Shown here: piece by piece, positions 10,191 to 19,213 of the stretch | Layout of the letters: every line of letters begins with the position of its first letter | Position numbering within the stretch: the stretch's first letter is position 1 | Assembly: GCA_965213625.1 (NCBI GenBank) | Contig: CBDBZU010000004.1 | Location: 928,001-992,000 of the forward strand | Direction: 5' to 3' | DNA from: a bacterium | Lineage (GTDB): Bacteria > UBA8248 | Length of the DNA: 64,000 nucleotides | Notes under the pieces: model-generated | What the model saw: the letters and a program-made list of their open reading frames with translations, nothing else | Told to the model about the DNA's origin: nothing | The model's database searches: none | Translations under genes and position numbers: made by a program

Positions 10191-11390
10191 ATGTCGAGAA
10201 CGGTCCAAGTCCTTGCGAACAATGCCCGCGAGGCGGCCGACAGCCTGCGCCGGGCAAGGCTGCGCACGGTGCTGGGCCTGGTCGGCGTCATGATCGGCAT
10301 CTCCTCGGTCATTGCGATGGTCTCGCTGGGCGAGATCGCCAGGGAGCAGGCCCGCAAGCAATTCGAGGCGCTCGGAACCGACATCGTTGTCGTCCGCAAG
10401 TCGGCTGCCGCGGGAAGGGCCGCGATCGGCCTCCCGGACGCCCTGCAATTGGCGGCGGTGGTCCCGTCGATCGTCGAGGCGGCGCCCAGGATATCGGGAC
10501 GCGGGACGTTCCGCTACGCCGGCCGGGAGGTCGGGCGGGGCGCGGTCCAGGGCGTCACCCTGTCCTTCGCGAGCGTGAACAAGCTGACGCTGCGGGAGGG
10601 CCGGTTCGTTACGGACCTGGATACCGACAGATACTGGTGCGTCATCGGCGCCGAGGTCGCGGAGAAAATGCGCGCGGCGGGGGCGGATCGCCTCACGGGG
10701 ACGCTCATTGAGGTCGATGAGGTTCTCTTCACCGTCGTGGGCGTGCTGAACCGCAAGGAGAAAAGCTATGCGCTGCCGTTCCAGGTGAATGCAGACAAAT
10801 CGGTCTTCGTCCCGATAACCACAGCGCAGCGGGTCGTCTCCGACCCCGGAATCGAGGTCATCGTCGCCCGATCCGGCGGCGGCGTCCATTACGCGGCGGC
10901 GGTAGAGGATATCCGGTCGTATTTCCTCAAGCGCGCGCCCGATCTCGGCCTCAATATCGTCACCGCGAAGGAGTTGATTGCCCGGATGGAGGCGCAGATG
11001 GGCATTTTCACCTTGTTGCTGGGCGCGGTGGGCAGCATTTCGCTGATCGTCGGCGGGATCGGAATCATGAACATCATGCTCGTGTCCGTGGCCGAGCGGC
11101 GCGCGGAAATCGCCATCCGCCGGGCACTCGGCGCTCGGCGGCGGGACATAAGGAGCCAGTTCCTGATCGAATCCGTCATCCTGACAGTCGTCGGCGGCGT
11201 GCTCGGCGTGGCGCTCGGCCTGGCGGCAACCTGGACGATCTGCCGCTTCACCGGCTGGGACTTCCTGATCTCGGGGCTCTCCGTGGCCAGCGGCCTCGGC
11301 ACGGCGGTGGCGGTCGGCCTGTTCTTCGGGTTCCAGCCCGCCCACCATGCCTCGCGGCTCGATCCCATCGCCGGACTCCAGGGCAAGTAG
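10191..11390 (+). CDS. MacB-like ABC permease (MacB_PCD + FtsX)
   Basis: LRTVLGLVGVMIGISSV; SLIVGGIGIMNIMLVSVAERRAEIAIRRALGA; QFLIES. Confidence 0.95.
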   Translation: MSRTVQVLANNAREAADSLRRARLRTVLGLVGVMIGISSVIAMVSLGEIAREQARKQFEALGTDIVVVRKSAAAGRAAIGLPDALQLAAVVPSIVEAAPRISGRGTFRYAGREVGRGAVQGVTLSFASVNKLTLREGRFVTDLDTDRYWCVIGAEVAEKMRAAGADRLTGTLIEVDEVLFTVVGVLNRKEKSYALPFQVNADKSVFVPITTAQRVVSDPGIEVIVARSGGGVHYAAAVEDIRSYFLKRAPDLGLNIVTAKELIARMEAQMGIFTLLLGAVGSISLIVGGIGIMNIMLVSVAERRAEIAIRRALGARRRDIRSQFLIESVILTVVGGVLGVALGLAATWTICRFTGWDFLISGLSVASGLGTAVAVGLFFGFQPAHHASRLDPIAGLQGK

Positions 11391-11429
11391 AAAGCCGGTC
11401 GATGTCATGCAACCTGCAAAACCGGGAAC

Positions 11430-12257
11430 TCAGCAGGATGTCTTGAGTGTCCCATCGCAGTTCTTGAGGTTTTGCACCTGTCCCAGGTCCCCCTTGTACG
11501 AGGTTTCAACTGCGAGGATTCCCCCAGTCTTCCCCAATGGATCGTCAACCCGTCTTTCGCAATGGGTCTTTATGGAGCACTGTCCCGAATCCACTCCGAC
11601 TTGGGTGCTGTAGACGCCGGTATAGTTACAGGTGACTTTGGCCGAACTCGCATTCCATGCGCTCGTGCATTTCTCGACCGTTGGGCAAGAAGTGGACAAC
11701 TCGTTGTTGCAGAAATCGAGCTGTTTCACATTGCCGGGCGACCCGTAGAAGGACGCGGCCACCGCCAGGGTCCCGCAGGAGGTCGAGACATGACATTGCT
11801 GGCCTTGATAGGTCGACATGCTGTGGGACCCGTAGGACGAACCGCATCTCTGGCTGGCATCGCTGTCGTTCCACGACTCATTGCATGCTGTCTCCAGGGC
11901 GGTTTGTTGATCAGCGGAGAGGCAGGAGCCGATTTTGAGCTTGCCGTCGCAACTCACCAGATCGCGCATGTCATCCAGATCGCCGGTGACAGTTTGCTGG
12001 GTTGATGGCACGCCATTCAACTTCCGGCACCTGGCCGTGACGCTGCACTCTCCGTTCGGGGTGTCAAACCAGAATTGGGTGCCGGGAGCCGGGCAATGAT
12101 TGGAGGCGTCGCTTTCGTACCACGCTTGAGCACAGTCGCCATATGTGGGGGCATTCTGCGCGTAGACCCCCGGCGCGGCGAGGAGCCCGCCTGCAAGCAC
12201 CGACAGGACCAGCGCCAGCGTGGGGAGGATTCGGTATGAGGTTCTCATGGCATTCAC
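11430..12257 (-). CDS. Secreted cysteine-rich protein with three ~75-aa repeats (cyanovirin-N/CVNH-like)
   Basis: Signal peptide; three repeats of CxxxWxxSxAxxxC...Cx[VI]xxxC...LxxC[DN][GN]xL..C, six Cys each. Confidence 0.8.
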   Translation of the reverse strand: MNAMRTSYRILPTLALVLSVLAGGLLAAPGVYAQNAPTYGDCAQAWYESDASNHCPAPGTQFWFDTPNGECSVTARCRKLNGVPSTQQTVTGDLDDMRDLVSCDGKLKIGSCLSADQQTALETACNESWNDSDASQRCGSSYGSHSMSTYQGQQCHVSTSCGTLAVAASFYGSPGNVKQLDFCNNELSTSCPTVEKCTSAWNASSAKVTCNYTGVYSTQVGVDSGQCSIKTHCERRVDDPLGKTGGILAVETSYKGDLGQVQNLKNCDGTLKTSC

Positions 12258-12338
12258 CTCCTTTGTTCTCCGCCATGGTCGGCGGGGGTTACGGGTTTGA
12301 AGCGGTATCGCCCGCGCTCATTGCACGGCCGCGCGGAC

Positions 12339-12857
12339 TCACTGGCAGTACTGACCCGCGTTCCCGCATCCCATCTTGACCGTTTGATCGTTGTCCTGGA
12401 TCTGGCCCTTCAACGTCATATTGCGCGGCATGGACCGGATGCTGGATGTCGGTGAAACCCACCCCGTGACACCGCGGTAGAGCCCGTTGACCTCCTGGTC
12501 GTAGAGCTTGAGCTTGAAGACTTCCGGGTCTTCTTCCTCGCTGTCGTCAATCGTGTCTACATAGACCTTCTGCTCCTTGACCCCCGAGTTGAAGGTCACG
12601 GTGCCGGTGGTCTCTTCGTAATCCTCGTCCTTCACGGCCGCGCCGTCTTGCGTCTTGTACTTGTAGCGCACCGCCCAGCCGTTCGGCGCGGCCCCGAGCT
12701 TGACCGTGAACTCCATCTTGTCGCCCTCGGTTGCGCCGGCGTCCGCGCCGTGCGCCGCCTGCGGCGCGCCAAGCGCGGCGCACACCGCCAGCATGACAGT
12801 TGCAACGGCCGCGAGCCATGCGGCCCGTACGGATTTTCTGTTCGAGTCCTGTTTCAT
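12339..12857 (-). CDS. Secreted single Calx-beta domain protein
   Basis: Signal peptide; ATEGDKMEFTVKL..YKTQDGAAVKDEDYEETTGTVTF..VDTIDDSEEEDPEVFKLKL. Confidence 0.85.
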   Translation of the reverse strand: MKQDSNRKSVRAAWLAAVATVMLAVCAALGAPQAAHGADAGATEGDKMEFTVKLGAAPNGWAVRYKYKTQDGAAVKDEDYEETTGTVTFNSGVKEQKVYVDTIDDSEEEDPEVFKLKLYDQEVNGLYRGVTGWVSPTSSIRSMPRNMTLKGQIQDNDQTVKMGCGNAGQYCQ

Positions 12858-13678
12858 AGCCTTTACTCCTTCACGATGGTGGTGCCTACTGTGATCGCCC
12901 CCGATCCGACCGACGTTCCCATCGAATTCGCAACATCGTTGGCGCCGATCCCCCAGGCCATCTCCGTCGGCACAGTTCCTGGTTTCTTTGACCGGCCGAA
13001 GCGATGTTTATGGTGACAATGATAATACACGGATGGTTGCTTGACAATTTTTTTTTAGGTCGGCGGGCAGGTCGTTCGTGCTTTGCGGTGGTGACGAGAC
13101 GGCGGCCAGGCGGATCGAGGCGATTCGGAGGAGGACGGACCGCCTCGACTCAGGCCAATCTCTGCCAAGCCGCACTGTGCCCCCCAATTATTCCTCGAAA
13201 GCGACATCCACGTCTTCTGGAATGTGTCGCGGATGATAAGGCGGATGTGTGGAACGGGTTATGGTGGATTCACTCGTAAATCGCCCGTTTAGTGACGGTG
13301 GGGGGGGTCCTGCGGGGGTGAATTCCCTGTAGTTTATTGAAATTGTTGCAAGTAATTGGTTTTTTGAATCTCGCTCAGGAGTTGTTTTCTTAAAGGTGTA
13401 ATCAAGTCGAAAGCGGATGAATTCAAACTTCTGCGTATCCTAGATCATTCCTGTCGGGCTGCTCACCCAAATTCAGTTCGCAACGGTTTGCCTGTGCTCA
13501 TGTACTGGTTGGCACCATTTAGCTGTGAGTCGAAAACATCCTTGACTTAACATTATTGGCGAGCATATAGAATTGCGTGTACGCCGTGTAGATATCCCAA
13601 TGAAAGCACAAAACCATCCCCTGGGAATAAATTAGAACTCACTAAGCGCATTTCTAGTTCAAATCCATAGAGGTAATT

Positions 13679-14811
13679 ATGAGCAAGAAGAATCGGCAGC
13701 ACTCAAGGGACGTCATATCACTCATCTACACACGTAGTGGCTCTCGCCTATACGGTTGTATTCGATTTTTTCGTCCCGAACCCAATCAGCAACATATTGA
13801 GCCGTTCCGCCAAAGCGCACCGTTTGTTATCTCGCAATCAATTGGGCCAAAAGAAACCATCGTATACGGAAGCGTCAATGAATTGATAAGGGAAATTCGC
13901 CGTCTGCTCGATGACGTATCTGAATGCAACGAGAAATTCAAGTCAACACTACGTCTTGGCGGTGTGATCACGGATGAAACTCGCGACAATTCAGGAAGAA
14001 AAGTCGTAACTATTCCAGAAGGAGAAAAAGGGGACAAGCTGTTCTACGAATACGTAAGAGAAGTGACCAATATTTTGCTTCTTCTTTCGACTCAAACGAG
14101 GAATTTGTTTCAACTTTACCCCAGATTCAATAATTGCTGTATCTCAAGATTTGATTATGAGGGGAATAAAGTGGACAACATCCCCCTGAAAGAACTTTTC
14201 GATTATTTTGTACATAACCGATACTTGTTCGTAGATGGCGAGCATGTCGTGGATCTATTTTCAGATAAATTCTCGCCCAAGTCTTCGATTTCCCAAACAT
14301 TCATGGGCTACAAAATCAGATGGAGAGAATATCTCGGCGCCATTCGAAGCGTGACTGACAATGTAAAGATGAGGGACTTGACCGGATTACTGCGAGGTCG
14401 CCTGAAAAACTTTCATCTGGTTCGTCCCACAAGGACATCGTTTTCCTGGTCCAGAATTTGGAATCGTTTTCGAATTTGCTCGCTACGAAAATTTCCGATA
14501 ATCGGTACACATCCATGTTGAGTTTGATGTTTGACGAAAGAGCGAATCAGGACCTCCCCGATATCGGGGAAAAGAATGAGAGTGTTGAACAGTTTGTCAC
14601 CTTTACAGCACTTCATATTAATATCCACGAAAAGCTCAGCGAGAAAAAATTTGAGATTCGGGTGCGCTGCAAATTTACTTTGCGTGACAATCAGAAACAC
14701 CCTGTCAAAGCGGAAGATCTAGATAATTACAGCATAGATGTAGGTTATGAGAAGTTCTTTGACCTTGTGAATAGCGTTTTCGGCGATGATCCTCTGGTGA
14801 GTTCTGTCTGA
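13679..14811 (+). pseudogene. Low-GC hypothetical gene split by a 1-nt frameshift in an A-run (~14405-14409)
   Basis: ORFs 13679-14521 and 14458-14811 join (LKKLSSGSSHKDIVFLVQNLESFSN) if one A is added. Confidence 0.6.
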
Positions 14812-15064
14812 CGGACATGGTGCTGATGTTGGACCCTTCGGGTGGATTCGGGACGTTTCATTCCTCTTTAAGCTGATGTTTGTTCGTTTTGGTTGCTGCC
14901 CTTGAAGGATACGGACCCATGTCTCTTCAACCTTTCCAACAACACCCACCATATCTCAAGGTCCGACTGCCCCTTGGGTCATCATACCCTCTCAATGCGG
15001 GCTGTGACCTCGAAGAACAGGACCGGCATTATAATTAGGTCTGTGTTTCAAGTATCGTTTCGGT

Positions 15065-15149
15065 TAATCCGCATATCCAGCGGATTATCAGGAATGATTT
15101 TTCCGTCATTAAGATATTATGTTGAATAATCCGCGTTTTTTGCGGATAA
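15065..15149. promoter_or_regulatory. Two 23-bp inverted-repeat operators upstream of abiEi
   Basis: TAATCCGC-N7-GCGGATTA (15065-15087) and TAATCCGC-N7-GCGGATAA (15127-15149). Confidence 0.75.
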
Positions 15150-15155
15150 TAAGAC

Positions 15156-15983
15156 ATGATACATGATCAACGAAAAACATTGTCATCCTATACTTCCGGT
15201 TTGCTGTCAGAGGGCCGTGTAGTCTTCTCGGCAGATGAGGCGGAGCAGGCGCTGGGAATCGGACGAGGGGCGTTTCTGGACGCCGCCGAACGGCTCCAGC
15301 GCCGCAGGCATCTTATCAGGCTGCGGAATGGGTTCTATGTCGTGGTTCCGCCCCGGTACGCATCCTGGGGCGCTCCGCCTCCGGATTGGTATATCGATGA
15401 CCTGATGCGGCACGAAGGGCGACCGTATTATGTAGGTCTTCTCAAGGCGGCCGAACTGCACGGCGCTACCCATCAGGCCGTTATGGAGTTTCCCGTTGTC
15501 ACGAACAAACGGCTGCCCGGTATCCACGCTGGCAGAACCCGGATCGTTTTTCATTACCGAAAAGACATGAAAGCCGTATCGGACGGCGTGGAAAACCGGA
15601 AGACCGATACGGACGCGATGAGCGTGTCGTCCGCCGAACTCACGGCACTGGACCTTGTGCGCTATTCACATGCCGCCGGAGGCATCGACAACCTCGTCAC
15701 CGTCCTTGCCGATCTCGGCCCGAAACTCGGTTCGCAGGAACTGGCGCGGCTTTCATCCGCGGCGGAGCGCTCGATCGTTCAACGTCTCGGCTATCTGCTG
15801 GACCGTCTCGGGCACGGGGACCGAACCGGACCGCTGTACGACGCGCTGTCCGGCCGCGGCGCGTTTCCGTGGGTCGAACTCGACCGCAAGGAAACCCGCG
15901 ACCCAGAATTCACGTCACCCCCGCTGGAACGTGACGAACACTGGCGCGTCATTGTCCGTCGCCCGCCTGAGGTCGACGAATGA
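15156..15983 (+). CDS. abiEi: Type IV toxin-antitoxin antitoxin, AbiEi family
   Basis: N-terminal wHTH, GFYVVVP, YYVGLLKAAELHGA, ELTALDL, QRLGYLLD; overlaps the toxin (ATGA). Confidence 0.88.
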   Translation: MIHDQRKTLSSYTSGLLSEGRVVFSADEAEQALGIGRGAFLDAAERLQRRRHLIRLRNGFYVVVPPRYASWGAPPPDWYIDDLMRHEGRPYYVGLLKAAELHGATHQAVMEFPVVTNKRLPGIHAGRTRIVFHYRKDMKAVSDGVENRKTDTDAMSVSSAELTALDLVRYSHAAGGIDNLVTVLADLGPKLGSQELARLSSAAERSIVQRLGYLLDRLGHGDRTGPLYDALSGRGAFPWVELDRKETRDPEFTSPPLERDEHWRVIVRRPPEVDE

Positions 15984-16840
15984 TCCCCCGGATGAACATC
16001 ATCGCATGGGGGAATGTCGTCCCCTGGGCGGACCTGCGCCAGGTCGAACAGGATCTCATCATCAGCCGCGCGCTCGTCGAACTGTTTTCCCATCCCGGAC
16101 AGGCCGGACAACTGCGCTTTCGCGGCGGAACGGCGCTTAACAAGCTCCATTTTCCTCAACCCCTTCGCTATTCGGAGGACATCGACCTCGTCAGGACCGA
16201 GACCGGACCGATCGGCCCGGTTCTCGATGCCGTCCGGGAAACTCTCGAGCCATGGCTGGGGCGGGCGGGTTACGACCAGAGCGCCACGGCTCCCAAACTC
16301 CGTTTCCGGGTCGACGCGGAAGACCCCTCCGTCGGTGCCCCGATTCGCCTGAAAATCGAAATCAATACACGGGAAACCAAAGCGTTCGACCCGCCGGCCT
16401 CCGTTCCGTTCGCAGTGGAAAACCCCTGGTTCAGCGGGGCGGCGGACATACCGACGTTCTCGACTGAGGAAATCCTTGCGACGAAACTCCGGGCGCTCCT
16501 TCAGAGAAACAAGGGGCGCGACCTGTTCGATCTCTATCATGGGTTGCGCACGTTCGAGGAATTGAACAGGGCGCGTGTCGTGAAAGGTCTCGTGTTCTAT
16601 CTTGAAGAATCGGGATTGCGCATTTCCCGCGCCGAGGCGCAGCAGCGAATGTTCCCGAAACTCGCGAATCCCGCTTTCCTTACGGACATGCGGCCCCTGG
16701 TTTCGGCCGAGCACGCCGAGACCCTGGACGAAGACTCCACGAAGGAAGCGTTCAGACGGGTCTTGCGAGAACTGATCGACCTCATCCCGGGTGATGACTG
16801 GGCACGGACCCCGGACATGATCGAGCGTTTCGCGATTTGA
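15980..16840 (+). CDS. abiEii: Nucleotidyltransferase toxin, AbiEii/AbiGii family
   Basis: QVEQDL, FRGGTAL, RYSEDIDL, KLRALLQR..RDLFDL. Confidence 0.92.
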   Translation: MIPRMNIIAWGNVVPWADLRQVEQDLIISRALVELFSHPGQAGQLRFRGGTALNKLHFPQPLRYSEDIDLVRTETGPIGPVLDAVRETLEPWLGRAGYDQSATAPKLRFRVDAEDPSVGAPIRLKIEINTRETKAFDPPASVPFAVENPWFSGAADIPTFSTEEILATKLRALLQRNKGRDLFDLYHGLRTFEELNRARVVKGLVFYLEESGLRISRAEAQQRMFPKLANPAFLTDMRPLVSAEHAETLDEDSTKEAFRRVLRELIDLIPGDDWARTPDMIERFAI

Positions 16841-16897
16841 AGTGGCGAGGCGGGCAACGGCTGCAAAAGAGAACACTCTCGAACGGGTCGTCGAGGA

Positions 16898-18052
16898 ATA
16901 TCTCTGTTCCACACGTCTTGAAAGGACAAAGCTTCGCTTGAACATGTATTTGTGCAAATGAAGCTGTCCGTAATCGACAGCGAGAATAGCGAGATGATTG
17001 TGCCGCGCATCTCGGAATACGCGAATACCCAAAACAGAGTGAATGCCGCGGACTTTTTTTCCAATCACCCCTTCCATATCAGGATGGAGGAATTTTCGCG
17101 ACGAATCTGGGCGCCGGCAAAACAGGGCGCGCTACGCGAGACGAAATGGTTTTATGAAAGAGCTCGAGATCAATATAACGATGCGCAGTCAAAACTGACC
17201 CGAGCCGAGCTGCATCGTTTCAGGGCGGAATACCCCAAACCACAGATGTTCACTAAAACTGATCTCGCGAAGTTTGAGAATGTATGGGATGACCACCCGA
17301 AATGGGTGAACCTGGGTGCGCAGAAGAACTTCGCGTGTTTTGCGGCTCGGATCGGTATGGAGTGGCTCAAGTCAGCCGATACCTTTAACGAATTCTATTA
17401 CCATCGTGCCATTGCACGGGCAATTATCTTTCGGCGAACCGAGAAACTTGTTTCAGAGCAGCCGTGGTACAATGGGGGTTACCGGGCAAATATCGTCGCG
17501 TACACGATTGCAGCAATCAGCGAAATATGTAAGCGGCACAACCGGGCGATAGATTTCATGTACATTTGGAACACTCAGGCGCTTCATCAGTCTTTAATTG
17601 ATGCCCTCGAAATTGCCGCCCGATTTGTCAATGACGATATCACGCAGCCACCGCCGGGCATTTCAAGCATTTCAGAATGGTGCAAAAAAGAGGGTTGTTG
17701 GGAGAGGATTTATGCACGGCTTTCGCAATTAAAGACCAAGCTTCCAAAAAAGTTCTGGGATGATCTCGTGTCAATCCAGAAACAGAAGGCTGAAGCGCAG
17801 GCAGCGAAGAAAACATAGAAGACCGATAACGGGATATATGCGCAACGGCAGGTGTATGAGATATCGTCTGATAAGTGGACGTTGATACTGGAAGCGGGAA
17901 TGAAAGACAAATTGCTGACACCAAAAGAGATAAGTATTCTACGAATTGCGCAGCAGATACCGGTCAAGATTCCGACAGAGAAGCAATGCGCCGTGCTCAT
18001 CGGTGTGCTTGAAAAAGCGGAGCAGGAAGGACTTTCCATCAGGAATGTTTGA
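16898..18052 (+). pseudogene. AIPR family (abortive infection) protein, C-terminal remnant
   Basis: VFVQMKLSVI, ISEYANTQNRVNAADFFSNHPFH, KWFYERAR, GYRANIVAYT; N-terminus missing; stops at ~16918 and 17816-17818. Confidence 0.85.
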
Positions 18053-18127
18053 GCAACGACAAATTTAACTCGCCCCAAAAGTACTTTAATGCACTAAATC
18101 ATAGTTTTTTAGTTTCCATATTTGATA

Positions 18128-18430
18128 TTACTGAACCGTTTTCCCCGTCAATTCCGGCGCGACTTCGGAGATATTCCTGCTGATTTGCTCGATCTCTTCC
18201 TCCCGTCCGTCTCGTTCCATGTCGCGAATGATGGCCTGCGCAGTGAACATTGCAGAGCGAAGCAGGTGAATTTCTGCCTCCGTGCGGGGCCATTCCCTGC
18301 GTTCAAGGGCCTCCATTGCGAGCTCGACCACCAATCGATTAGGCGACATCTCGCGTCTTTCGGCCTCTTTTTCGACGTGTTTCCACTGTTCGGACGTGAA
18401 GCGGATGTTCTTCTGTGCCGTCTGCGCCAT
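18128..18430 (-). CDS. Ribbon-helix-helix DNA-binding protein (relaxosome accessory-like)
   Basis: RBS AAAGGAG; KNIRFTSEQWKHVEKEAERREMSPNRLVVELAMEAL strand-helix-helix pattern. Confidence 0.65.
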   Translation of the reverse strand: MAQTAQKNIRFTSEQWKHVEKEAERREMSPNRLVVELAMEALERREWPRTEAEIHLLRSAMFTAQAIIRDMERDGREEEIEQISRNISEVAPELTGKTVQ

Positions 18431-18603
18431 TCGTTTTGCCGCTCCTTTCTTGAAGATTTTCCTCGATTCCGGTCCAAAACGCTCACTAAATTCCGGTTTC
18501 CTTTCATTAAACGCACCCGCCGTGAACCGGGAAAGTCCCGAATCGATGCCGGAAGTCGCAATATCAAATCGGTATTCATCATATTCGCGCGCATCCCTGA
18601 CGC

Positions 18604-18845
18604 GTATGCTTATAGCATACATGCCGAAAATCCCCGTACTACGCCGAGTTACAATGAGCATACGCTCTCTTTGAGATTCAAGGATTTCAAGAGGATATGG
18701 GCGTATGCTATCAGCATACAGCTTTATTAGTATCAGGAAGGCGGGTTCTGGCGTCGTTCACGCACGTCGCTGCATGCCGGGCGCGCGCATACCTTGTAAC
18801 GGCAGCCCGCTGCGTCAGGTATGTAACCCGAAGCGCCGAAGGGCG
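18604..18845. promoter_or_regulatory. Repeated palindromes; candidate oriT / RHH binding region
   Basis: GTATGCT-N3-AGCATAC at 18604-18620 and 18703-18719, half-site at ~18657, hairpin CGCC-GAAG-GGCG at 18834-18845. Confidence 0.5.
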
Positions 18846-19213
18846 TCAGATGATGCCGTTTATCGGCGGAGCGTCATCGGCCTGAAATGTCGACGACACA
18901 AGGGATTGGAGCCAACGCGGCGATTGAGCGAGACGACCGGGCGCGACCACGGGACGCGTACCGTGTCCTCTTCCCGTGAACAGGGGTAACAAAAGCAGGC
19001 GCGCGGTGCAAGGGAGCGGGTGCGTTTTTCATACGTCGCGCACCGCGAGGTAGTGGCGATCGATTTGTGGTTTCACGCGTTACCTTTACGCAACGTGGAG
19101 AGGTACACAAGTTACCCGCTCGTCAGGGAGCGGGCGGTCGTGAGTGGAGGAAGGCTTGTTCGGAGGGAAAAAGGGCCGCGCCGCCTGTCGACGCGACCCG
19201 AGGAATGTTCCAG

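Noticed and set aside
9735-11408. Long antisense ORFs (also 3761-4960, 15791-17077, 19067-20782, 29925-31217, 35610-37001, 62870-63961)
   Set aside because: Shadow ORFs opposite well-supported genes in high-GC sequence, with no recognisable motifs
12980-12996. Degenerate IS1182-like IR (GGTTTCTTTGACCGGCC)
   Set aside because: Several mismatches and no partner end found
16844-16900. Short integrase-like peptide (ARRATAAKENTLERVVEEY) between abiEii and AIPR
   Set aside because: Too short to assign without a search
16918-16920. In-frame TGA in the AIPR remnant (and at 2656) as selenocysteine
   Set aside because: Not at a redox Cys motif, no SECIS-like hairpin noticed, and the genes are otherwise broken
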